A stretch of DNA of 64,000 bases from Antedon mediterranea. Lineage: Eukaryota; Animalia; Echinodermata. Positions 13,838 to 26,300 of the stretch are shown here, in pieces (position 1 is the first letter of the stretch; each line of letters opens with the position of its first letter). The stretch lies in NCBI RefSeq assembly GCF_964355755.1, contig NC_092675.1:24524912-24588911 (forward strand), in the 5' to 3' direction. A program made the translations under genes and the position numbers. The notes under the pieces are model-generated. The model was not told the origin of the DNA, ran no database searches, and saw only the letters and a list, made by a program, of their open reading frames with translations.

Positions 13838-14345
13838 CATTTTGAACGAAAGTATTTATTTGCATGATAAGCCCAATTTTGCAGTCTTAATAATGACCCT
13901 TCCACAGTGCATTTTACATGATATTGACCGAGGGTTTTTACGCCTCTATAGCCACTGATCAATACCATAATTAATGTACTTTTTTAAATGAATATTGAAA
14001 TGTTTCAACATACCCAATTCAAAAAAACGGTCCGTTTTCGAGTTCAATCTTTTGATTAGAGAGGTTGGAGTTTCATTTTGAACGAAAGTATTTATTTGAT
14101 TGATAAGCCCAATTTTGCAGTCTTAATAATGACCCTTCCACGGTGCATTTTACATGATATTGACCGAGGGTTTTTACGCCTCTATAGCCACTGATCAATA
14201 CCATAATTAATGTACTTTTTTAAATGAATATTGAAATGTTTCAACATACCCAATTCAAAAAAACGGTCCGTTTTCGAGTTCAATCTTTTGATTAGAGAGG
14301 TTGGAGTTTCATTTTGAACGAAAGTATTTATTTGATTGATAAGCC
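13838..14345. repeat. Tandem duplication, 236-bp unit x~2.2, containing the 57-bp monomer
   Basis: cattttgaacgaaag recurs at 13838, 14074 and 14310 with near-identical intervening sequence. Confidence 0.9.
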
Positions 14346-14658
14346 AAATTTCTAGTCCTAATGATTTGAGATTCAACGGGTTTTGCTTTCAATTGTATAA
14401 TAATATAATTATAATTATATATATATATATATAAATATAATATTAAGTATAATTATGAATTCACCAACACTTTCAGGCCCGGGGCCGAGTTTGTGTAGAC
14501 CAGACTTCCATGCACAGCCACATGTTAAGGAATATGAATCTCTTTATGATTTTAATATGGTTCGAAATGATATTACATAGCAACGATTAGACAGCAACTG
14601 TGCAAGAGTCCAACTAATAAAATCGAAATGATCAATTAATTGAACATTTGCAGCATAA

Positions 14659-15012
14659 GGCCCATACACTAGGACGATAACGATCGACGATAAATAGACA
14701 AATGTGCATTTTTAATACATAAACCAAAAGAAATATAAACAATTCCTTTGATGAAAATTATATTTTCACACGTCCAATCAAATGACGTCATGATTAGTAA
14801 GACCAATAATATCGTGACAATACAGCGATTTTATTGTTTTTATTTATCATGACGTCATTTGATTGGAATTTGAATTATTTTTATCAAAGACAGCATAAAT
14901 GATTATCCTATAGGTCTAGAACGAAAACCTTTCTAATTTCTTTTGGTTTATGTGAAAAAAATGCATGCTATATATTTATCGTCCGTCGTTATCGTCATAG
15001 TGTAATTGAGCC
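14659..15012. mobile_element. Harbinger-like MITE
   Basis: Imperfect TIRs ggcccatacactaggacgataacga / tcgttatcgtcatagtgtaattgagcc with a palindromic interior; a more decayed copy lies at ~38963-39230. Confidence 0.7.
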
Positions 15013-18000
15013 TTTATACAAAAAAAAAATAAATTGATTACGAAGTTACATGTCATTTTCACCTTTCACCAAAAAACTAACCTTTTCAAAACTAATTAAT
15101 TGTTACGAAGCCAATTTATATTATATATTTCATTAAAACTGAACTTTACGGTAAATGAAGAGTGAGTATCAGTTAATATGAATAATATAACTAGTAGGTC
15201 TATGAACTTGCGTCCAGACACAGAACTGTGACATTACTATCATAAATGTTGAAACCACTTATAAAACCTTTTTTTTAAAGAAAATATAATTGTGTTAGGA
15301 GAAGGCTAATAAACAAATAGATAATGTACAAACCTTTTTCTGGATTAATTAATGGAGCAGGCGTTCCTAATAATCTGCTGCTGCTACTAGACTGATTGTT
15401 CACCTTCTGACGATAATTGATTGGACCCCCCACGGCATCTGATAACCAACAAAAAATTTACGAGGACTGTTTCAATGATTTAATATCTGACGGCGTATTA
15501 TTATAACATTGGCCTAGATTGACAGTCAAAGAAAGTCATTGTAAATACCTCCCTTTATGTTGACAGAGCCAAAATAAAGTTTTGACCATTATCGAATGAT
15601 TATTTGACAGTGACTTATTATAATACCGGCCTGGTTGACAGCAAAAACGAAGTTATTATTTATTGATCAAGATTTTACAGATTTCCGTCTACATCTCAAT
15701 AATACTGTATTATCAGCAAAGGCTTTCATATAGACTCTCTTCTCCCAGACGTTTTTTGGGTCCAGCTACCTATAAATTATAGTCGAGTTTCCAAATTCAC
15801 AAAACTGTCAGCCTTAGATACTAAAGCTACCGCTATGAAACAGCTTATTAATGAATGTGTCCTCCTGGGACATAGCTGGCTAGAGCCGCGGCGCGACAAA
15901 TCATTAGAAAATACTGTACTATATAAAACCCATTACCCCAAAACACTGTTGACTTGATTGCCACAAAAACAAAGTGTATCAAAAAACAGTTACATTCAAA
16001 TCAAAGTAACTACAGATAAAACCCGTCTTCAGGCCTGGTAGTAAAGTACAGTTAGAGGCTAATGTTAATAATACAACATGAAATTATGAAACTTGACTCT
16101 TAAAACACAGCAGGCTGCAAATTAAATCAATATTATAAAGAAGTTTGAATTTCCAAGGTGTACTTGAAACTATTATTATATATCAATAAACAAACTGGGA
16201 AGAAACAATTTTTATTGTGACGTTCAAAGAATATGAGATCTTATACTTACAAGTTCAGCCCAGGCTGAATTATGCAAAAAAATTAACCCTATATTTGAAG
16301 TCTGCCCCAAGCCAACCTAAATTTAGTTTCAACCAGTTTAAAGTTCTTTGTGCATGAACTGGAGTGAGGGCAATTTTCTTTCTGCAAATTTTTTCTTTTA
16401 TTTCAAATTAAAAAGTTGGACATAAACAATGCCTAATACAAGTATGCCTATGCAATTAATAAATAAATACTACAATTATTACAAATTAATGCTATGAGGT
16501 GGAGAGAATATTGTACCTATTTCTACAATATTACTATAATCAGCATTTTAGGTACTTATGTTTTTTTCTAGTAGCTACACAGATGTTAATGTCCAAGAGT
16601 ATTATTATTATTTTTAGTAATGTAGGCTAAAATCACTGATGTAGGACAGTATTTTGGTATTAATTAATATTCTTGGAAATTGCAGAATTAGCTTATGTTT
16701 TGCTTTAAAACATTTCAAATCCATTTTAATCATGGCCTAATTCCAAACTTGAAATGCCAATATTTTCAAAATACACCAACCTATTATATCTTGAAAGTAT
16801 CATAATACCCCTTGAGAAATATAAGTGAAACCATGGTAAATTTATTCCAAAAAGAAAGTCTTTATCAAGCCTAACAGTGGTCAATTTAATATACTGTAAC
16901 TGTACACAGAGGTAGGCCTATAATTGCAGTTGCAAAATATAGTTTCAAAGAAGATTTAATTGTGTGAACATCTCCAGAGACCTGTCACTACCACTTATGC
17001 CAATAAAATATACTCACAATGTTTCCCTTTTGTATATTTTTAAAATAATTGTATTCTAAATTTAGGTACCAGTATAGTTGTCTGTTTATTTCATTGACAT
17101 CATGAAAATAACATGATTAAACCAACCAAGTAATTCTTAACATAAGGTATAGTCCCATATGAGGACCAATCACATCTTCCACTAGATTAAAAGAACAAAT
17201 TTATTTCTGTTTTTGATATAAGAAAGAGTGTGTATTGAATACTGTATACGTAGTGAAGCTGAATTTTACTACAATTGCTTTAGTGTAGCAATTTAACTTT
17301 GAGAAAAGAAACTGTTTAATTAAGCATAAGAACATTGTCTACACAACAATGAATCTAGAAACATAAACAATCTTTTGCTTCATTGGCATAGAATTAGGTT
17401 TCACACCATCTATATAACTTAAATTAGTATCAAATTGTTGTACTTATATTTCTTGGACTTTTAGACACCTTGACCCTCCTTTGACCTTAACAAAATAAAC
17501 AAACTTGTTTGTAGTGGTTGGGGTCTTGCTACTGAATGGGTCTTGCTATATTCATATAATTGATGATTGAAAACTAGAATATAACAAAAGTAATACGCAA
17601 ACATACGCATCATTTTAATCCCATAGCAAAAGTCTGAGTGTGTCATATCTTATTCTTACAGCATTTTTGTTAACGTAACCTATTTCAAACATCTTTGTAT
17701 AGAGTATTACCTTTGATAACAATATAGAGTCCAACGGCAATCATACATATTTTAGGCAGCAGCAAAATACTGTACTACATCTATTTGCACATGCCCCATT
17801 AATCAACAACCATGCGAGATATGTACGTTTAAAAGCGTTTAAAAAAACTGTTACTGCTACAATTTAAAAGTCATCTCACTTCATTAACCATTGCCTGTCT
17901 GATAAAAATTTGCTGTCTTTTTAAAAGATTCTAATATTTTTTAAATTCTCCAATTTTTAAAAATTGTCAAACCAGGTCCATTATTATTATGATGGAGAAA

Positions 18001-18238
18001 TAAAACTCTAGCATGGACCTGGTAATTCCTAGTGGTAGACTGTTGCTTGACATGACATAGCGTACATATAAATAAATTGAGAATGTATAGGGATTTTACA
18101 TTTATGACACACCACTATCTGTAGTGGTACCATAGCAAGCAGCAGAGAACCGACCTTGATAATTGGCCTACTCTACATACTCCCGTCTTGTTGAAATGTT
18201 CTGCTTGGTCCGTGTTTGATGAAATAAAACAGACTTAC

Positions 18239-18305
18239 CTGCGTAGCTAAGCACCTGGATGGAGAAGAAAATCAAAAGATAGCAAGATAAACGTTTAGCA
18301 TCCAT
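18239..18305 (-). CDS. First coding exon (signal peptide) of an unidentified secreted or membrane protein; remaining exons apparently left of the window
   Basis: ATG-initiated MDAKRLSCYLLIFFSIQVLSYA+G followed by a perfect AG|GTAAGT phase-1 donor; basic-hydrophobic-SxA signal peptide pattern; CpG-richer upstream flank. Confidence 0.7.
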
Positions 18306-18437
18306 TGTCATCTTTGCTGTTCATTAACTTTCATTGGAATTACTCGACTTTTATTTAAGCATCTCGGCGAGTACAGAAGCATATTCGTCGATAGGCTCGA
18401 TTGCGTCTGGTGGTATGCAAGAAGGTTAACGCGAATG

Positions 18438-19253
18438 TATGGAACGCCGTTTACGCAACATTTCGATGATATGAATTTTATGACGCGATATGTGAATGAA
18501 ATGCATCGATATGAATTAAATGGTGCGATATATGAATGAAATGTTTTGAATTGAATGCTTTGAATTGAATATTTTGAATGAAATGTTTTGAATGAAATGT
18601 TTTGAATGAAATGTTTTGAATGAAATGTTTTGAATGAAATGTTTTAAATGAAATGTTTTGAATGAAATGTTTTGAATGAAATGTTTGAATTGAATTGAAA
18701 AGTCAAACTATTGGTGGCGTATGTCATTCTCGCTCGCGATTATTTTCTCAACCTCTTAGGCCTAAGCCTGAGTACCCTCATCTCTTTTCTTCCACGCTGC
18801 CTTTACAGAGAATCCTAACAGACCTGGGTTCGGAAATATGTATTCCAATGTTTCAGGTCTGTTAGGGAGTCTCTGTAAAGGATTCATATTGATGACAGCG
18901 TTGAAAGATGAGGGTACCCATGCTTAGGCCTATTAAGAGGTTGAAAAAAAATCGCGAGCGGGAATGACATACGCCGCCAATAGTTTGACTTTTCAATTCA
19001 ATTCAAACATTTCATTCAAAACATTTAATTCAAAACATTTCATTCAAAACATTTCATTCAAAACATTTTATTCAAAACATTCAATTCAAAACATTTCATT
19101 CAAAACATTTCATTCAAAACATTCAATTCAAAGCATTCAATTCAAAACATTTCATTCATATATCACGCCATTCAATTCATATCGATGCATTTCATTCACA
19201 TATCGCGTCATAAAATTCATATCATCGAAATGTTGCGTAAACGGCGTTCCATA
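18438..19253. mobile_element. IS3EU-like foldback non-autonomous DNA transposon
   Basis: TATGG...CCATA termini, 6-bp TSD CGAATG (18432-18437 and 19254-19259), ~390-bp inverted arms with (tgaatgaaatgtttt)n arrays, 27-bp central spacer. Confidence 0.85.
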
Positions 19254-20862
19254 CGAATGCTTACACTTTGTAAACATACCACGTGAGTAAATATGGACCA
19301 ATCGTTTCATCGCATTAGGACCAATACTTTAAAAAGTTACAAAACAATGATGAATGCTTTTTTTTTTTGTAAAAATGTATAGTTCCAATTTATTAAGAGT
19401 TAACAATTATTGGATTTTAAATAAAAAAAACAATTTATTTTCTTTAATTGTAGGGAAACTACTTTCTATACTTCATTCATAGACAGTTCCCTATGTGGCA
19501 GTGAGATGGCCTACTAATATTAATAATACAATTACTTTTGTTGAAACATAAAAAAGATACCATTGTACTGTATTTCAATATATACTGCATCAATTGGCTT
19601 TATTGTATTGTATAATTTGTATTCATTCAGAGGCATTCAGATTGAGTGTGATATATGTGTTATTGTTTATATTGTAAAATCCAGAATAAATTGAATTGAA
19701 TTGATACAAAACATCAAATCTTGTCTTAAAATATGTCACTAATAAGTTACAAACAAACAATTTCTATCTGGCTATCAACAATATCTGTTACTGTTGAAAA
19801 TCAGTGTTTTTCTTTTAATATCCACTTGAAACAATACAAATATAACATAGCAAATATCTTCTAAATATTAAAAATGCTTATCATTCCTAAATAGAACAAA
19901 AATTAGATGACATCATTCAGTGTTGGTTAAAGATGTATTGTACTATAAACAACAGAATATTTTTACAAAAGTAAAATATAATTGTTTTTTTGAATTATCA
20001 GAATTAACAATTTGAGTTGATGTACTATACAAAATTAGATTTTTATGATGGAATAAAACAAATAATTTTGTGTAGACTGGTAGCTACTTCCTGATTTTTT
20101 TTTTATTATCTGATTCCTATAGAAAGTAACAATTTATATTTCAATACAAAATCTAATGACAAAAAGACTTGGAGATCAATGTAATGACCATCATGGAACC
20201 ATTTTCAAGATAAGTATGCTTCCATGATGGTTCATCTTTCGTTTGTCATTCAATTTTGTATTGAAATAATATAGTTTTAATTACTAATTTATATTTTCAA
20301 CTTAATAACTTTGTCGACACTTTAAAATTAGCAAATTACGATGTTTGGTCAATTTTTCGGTTATAAATTGAATTTGGAGTACAACTCAAGCCTTTATGCA
20401 ACAGTAAACAAAACAAGCATGAATTGGCTAAACATTTTTACAAAGCAATTAACAGATAAATGAAAGTCTTGTTTTGTATTATAAGTTTACTCAAAACTAT
20501 ATTTTGTTATTTATAATATATTGCAAGAAAACATGTTTTAATGGCAGGCAGATAAGCGTTACATTTTTATGTAGAATTTCACATTTTAAATCAAAGATGT
20601 TACTGTTTATAATTATATTAGAAACAGATAATATTAATATTAATTTTAGATATAAATCATCTATATAATATTTATCATTATAGTAATTTAGTACCTTATT
20701 TAAGTAGAAGGTTACTTTGATATATATTCTGTAAAAAGATGTGATGCATATTAATTGACATTCATAAACAATTCTTATGTAAAAAAAAAACCAAAATCAT
20801 TAGGACTTTACATATTTTGTTATTTTAAATGAAAATCTCATATCAGTAAAATTTAGTCTTTA

Positions 20863-21058
20863 AGCTTGGTACCCGCTAGGACGCAATGCAAGGATGTCGA
20901 CGCAATGACAACTGACAGCATAAGCATGGTGCCGTAGACGTATATTTAACACCACTTTCTGTATGTCACAACAGTGATAATTCAACTAGGGTGTGAAAGA
21001 AGTGTTTCTTTACCGCTCATTATGTTGCGTTGCAGTTTATTTCTAGTGGGAACCAAGT
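20863..21058. mobile_element. MITE (agcttggttcccactag TIR family)
   Basis: agcttggtacccgctag ... ctagtgggaaccaagt imperfect TIRs with acgcaa/ttgcgt subterminal repeats. Confidence 0.6.
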
Positions 21059-23308
21059 TTTAATGCTGTTACTACTGCATGTTATGTAACTATTAATAAC
21101 ATTGGTCACCCTGGTTAAAATTCATATTGTTTAATTATAAAATACAATCAATTATGACCACACTTATTAATGCCATTTTTCATGTGAAAACGAATGAGTG
21201 ACATTTACCTGTTAGATTTATGGATTCCAATGACTACATTAGTTACATAAACATAAAATATTACATTCTATGTAAATATGACTGCTATTCATATTTAAAT
21301 AGTTTTTAATAAATCAAAATTGCATCAATGAGAGTACCTTTTAGTAAATATTTTCAAACGTGAAAGAGTCATTTTTTCAAAATGCTCATTCTGCTAATTC
21401 TTAAGCAAATCTATTGCATAATACATTTAAACAAATATTTGACAGGCAGGTAATCTAATGCTAAATTCTTTACCACAAATCTCATATTTTGTATTAGACC
21501 AGTTTTCATTTTTCCTTAAATTAAATTAAATCGATCACTGAATAAATAAAATATAATTAACAAAAAATATATTTTTTATGAATAAATTAAAAGTTTTTTT
21601 ATAAAGCAAAAAAACGTAGGAGATTTACTGTAAATTCATTTCACAGAATATCTGTACATAATTTTGTTTCTATAAAATAAATTACGCATGGACAATACAA
21701 AAACCTACAAAATTGTGTTAACATGAAAGATGAACAATACAGTATACCTTTTGCTATGCATAATTAACTGTATTAACAGTGTACAAAATGTTTTGTAATT
21801 AAATGTAACATAGCTTCATTATTTAATGTACAATTAGTTTATGAGAGTCTCATGACACAATTCAAGCATATTTCGAAAACATTGATGGTAAATTAATCAT
21901 TTTGGATAATCTTATTTTGTACAAAAACACAGCATTCCTTTAATGAATTCTTTCAATGAAGCATAGAGCTTATGGGTGTTTATCAGACAAATTGTTATAG
22001 GAATCATAGTGCACTGGAAGCGAAGCTTATTAGAAAAGAACATGTATTAGAGCAAGTACAGTAAATACAAATTATACATTATAAGTTTAAATTTAAAGAA
22101 TTGTTGTATATTTTTTTTTAAATACTAAATAGTCTTTATTTCATAGCCAAGGCACTTTTGTAATAAAACAGTTATTTAATTTCAAAATGAATTTAATATT
22201 TTAGCACCAATTAAGTAGTTAGCCAGAGACAATTTCAACTACCAAATCAAGTATATTCTTTCTTGTCTTGTCTATTCATGATACCAGTTTTATTTTGTGT
22301 AATTATTTGTTATTTCCATTGATGTATTATAGACTGGCTAGAGAGCTAACTATCCATCAGCGAGGTGATGCCAACAAGGTTGGGGCTACTAAATAAAGGC
22401 TGCCACATATCTGTTCAAATATATCCAAAATATTCAGAAAAACACATTTCTTAAATTTATGCTTAACACAGGAGTAGCAGTACGTTACTGCGTAGGGGGA
22501 TTGCCTTCAAACTGGTGTATCTTATTAACCGATTGCTGCAGCCATATACTGTGTACTTTCTCCATGATGAATCACTTAACTGTGATAACACTGGAGTTAG
22601 CTCTCTAGGCAATGTATTTAACTTTTTAACTTTAAGGAGCTTTCAAAGTGGCGATGCAGGGTGGCGAGACATGAAAGTCAGTATCACAATAAATAAAATC
22701 ACATATTAGGGATGCATACAGAAAAACCAATTTTACAATGTAAATTTAGTCAAATATCAATTTTTAGGCTTCTGTGCCTATGACAAACTACCTTGCTTAC
22801 GTTCACATGCACCGCCAAATCATTCATAGATTATTGCCTGTTGTCTGGTCTATGGAAGTTCTTTTGTATTCGCATGTGTATTATAAATAACAACAAAGAA
22901 TAAAATATTTTTTAATTGTATGCTTGGTTGCACATGGTACAGTGCCACATTTAAAAAGCTCCCTAGTCTATGCATGTATACAACAGGTTTGGAAATATGC
23001 ATATGTTTTCTAATACTCTTTGTAATTATCTGTGCTGTGTAAAGAAACTGTATTATGCATTATGCATTGTTATACAAAAGCTGAATATGAACCAAAACAG
23101 GAAGTTTCATTAGAAAGACTGTACAGCATTCAACTCATATTTTTACTGTGTTTTGTAAACACAAACATTTGTTAATACACTTCCAAAAATGTTATAATAA
23201 TAAACTATGTATGGCCAGCTAAAGGATTAGAGACCATTACCCCCTTTGGTAATACTTTTGTGTCAAAGAAGTTCCCTTTAACTATAGGTCCTATATCCAC
23301 TTTCATTA

Positions 23309-26300
23309 CTATGTAAGTTCTTGTTGGGCATTGTCATATTCTAGTACAAGACGTTTGATGAATCCAAGTTTTCCATGTAGTTCGTCAAACCTTGCTCTTT
23401 CCATTGCATATTTTTCATCCTGAGAAATATCAAGAAACAATTAAAAAAACACAGTAAGTTAGAAAATGACGATCATAACTTAATCTTGAAAACTAAGACA
23501 AGAAATTGATATCAAAGAAACCAAATTATTGTGACAACCAAATAGGGATTGCCAAATGGAGAAAAACAGAATGGCAGCAGGCATTTATTTGAGGGGCGTT
23601 TATTCAAAGCTTATTTGAATAAATACACTAAAATAAATCTACAGTGTTATATAATGCAACAGCAAACCATAAAAGGTAAAATATGAAAAAATGCAAGGAT
23701 TTTTACAACTAGTGATCACCTACCTCTTGGATCTTTTCATATTCTTCCAGCACCTGATTTTCTATCCGTTCATATTCTGAGCTATTTCTGTCCACTTTGC
23801 TTAATCTTTCTTTTAGGTCACTAAATTTACATTGAACATTTTCTATTTTTTTGTAAACATTTAAATACTCCTTGTATTCTTCATTGAAGACATTTTTATA
23901 TTTAAGTCGTTGTTCAGGGTTGGTAATCCTTTGAAAGTTGCTGGAAAAATAAAAAGTTAAAATTGAATTAGTTCTTATACAATGTATTTTATGAAATACC
24001 ATGTCAATATAAAACAAAAGTATACAAGTATATTAATTCAAGACATTGTATATAGTTGAATAAACTTTAAATAAAAGAAAATAATAAACAACTTTGATAT
24101 GTGAAACAACATACAGTACAACAGGATTTTATTAGATTTTGCATTGCAGCACATCAAAATAATTCATTAACAATTTAATGTTCTGTGAAACTCCTCTTTG
24201 AGCTCTTTTTATTTCCCGTTGTTGCGTACTGAGTTTGAATTTACTACACAATGAAACATTTCTTCATCAAAAGATATAACAGAGCAATATTATCCTCTTC
24301 ATTAGGTAAATATCAGGGCCTAGCCAGCATGAGGCAGAAGAGGCACTTGCCTCGTCTGAAATTTTCAATTTTCACCACTCACCCCAATTCACCTTCACAG
24401 ATCATCATATTTTATATAAACAATTATATTTAAATTATCTTTGCCACATCTGTTTTTAACCTCCCGCTATAGCCTTTAATACATAATTTTATTCTCAGAT
24501 TTTAAACTAGCCAATCAGATACTAAATTGAATTCATCAAGACATCAGTCATTAATTGAATTGTATCGGAATCTAAGAGATTGAACACAGGATTGATTGAT
24601 TGATTGAACAAACCATTAAATTTTAAAACAAGAAAGCTTCTAACCTCATATACTCTGGTGTTGACGAGGTTGATGAGACACCTTCTGTGGGTGATGGTGC
24701 CTTTTGATCAGCATTAGAATCTACATAATCATTATCATACTTAGGAGAATTTTTACTTGTGGTGACCTCACTAGGTGATGAAGGTGTACACACTGTTTTT
24801 TCATCGCCTTTTTTGGAATGTGCTATTCTTTTCTGGATTTTAGGCAATTTGTAATCGGCAATTTCTGGCAAGATTGGTCGTTTCTACAAAAGAATTTTAT
24901 ATTATATTATTAACATACAAGTGTTGAAATTTCTTTTTCTGATGTGAAAGCCTAGGATTGTGCTCAAATATCTCTCTGAAAGCCTCTTCCACTGAGATGT
25001 TCCAGGTTCTGAAATATGTTTCATGTTATCAATAAGTAAGAGAAACCACCGTATAAGGGCCTGTTTCTGTTGCATAGCGCAGAATAAATCATTTATTTAA
25101 AAAATGTAATTTTTAGAAAAACCACATTTCGGGTAAATTTGTGCTCCGAAATAACTGTTTAAGTTAATGGTTGAACATTGACAGAAAATGTTAACAATAA
25201 AACCTAATAATGCAATGTGATCATGTGGTCAAAGTTCAAGATACTACAGCTGTCAATAAATAACCGTTATGTTGCGTCACAGTTAAAAGTTAAATGAGGT
25301 TCTAAACCCTAATCATTTAGGTGTTTTTAAATGTAATTTTCACACTGCCTTTTAACCGGTTATTAGACAATTTCTGCAATAAAGAAATTGGGAGCAATTT
25401 ATTCAGATGGATATTATTTTTCCAGCAGAAACATGCCCATAACAATGTCTATATTAGTTAACATTTTTGAAGACAAATAAAGGAAATAAGAGAAAAATAA
25501 TAATAAATAGAGCAACCTTACCACAGCTTTGGGTGGCTTTTTTGGTTTACTTTCTTTCTCAGTAGTAGGCTTTGGATGATAGTTTTCCTCATTTTGCTTT
25601 TGATTAAATTGTTGCAATTTCCTAAAGAATAATATGTCAATTAAGCACATGACTAACATATAATACTTAAAATCAAATAATTAAGATTTGGTATAATTGG
25701 CCATGTATATTGTAAACCATGATTGTTTTTCTCTTTCCCTATTCCTGAAATTTCAAACAATAAACTTTAAAATAAAAACACCATACAAATTAAAATTTTT
25801 TTTTCTAATAAATAGCCTACATATGTGATTCTTACAGATACAGGCACATGTTACTATTGTATAACAATTACAAGAATGTTTTCCTATCAGTTGTAATTTT
25901 AATTTAAATAATATTCATTTTTACTGTATAAATTGATGCATTTTATTTAGTCAATATTTTGACGATTCTATACTCATGTCAAAGCTTAACACAAAAAAAA
26001 AACAAGAGAAGGAACGATCGGCCAATCAGAATAAATGTATTTATGAGGTAATTTGTATTATTTTTATACTTAAATTATGATAATTACATACTTAGATTAA
26101 TGTACCAAAATCTCTGTATTATATCTTACCCTTTCAGAATATCTCTATCTGCTGTGGAATAGAGAGGCCAGTCCTCCCTCACCTCATTGTAAATGTGTCT
26201 TAGTAGGGTATAACTATTGTCCTTGGCGGAAGCTACCTGTTTTAACCGAAAAACATTATGCATTGTAAGACACACAATTTGTAACGATATGGTATTTAAA

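Noticed and set aside
18964-19290. 108-aa ORF with repeated SKHSIQNISFKTF
   Set aside because: Translation of the 15-bp array in the foldback arm.
22373-22390. RNase MRP CR-V-like acaaggttGGGGCTAC
   Set aside because: No upstream GAAAGTCCCC partner to form P4; the only similar word lies downstream.
22560-22596. C/D snoRNA (ATGATGA) or iron-responsive element (CAGTGT on the minus strand)
   Set aside because: No CTGA D box at the 3' end, and no five-pair stem with a C bulge around CAGTGT.
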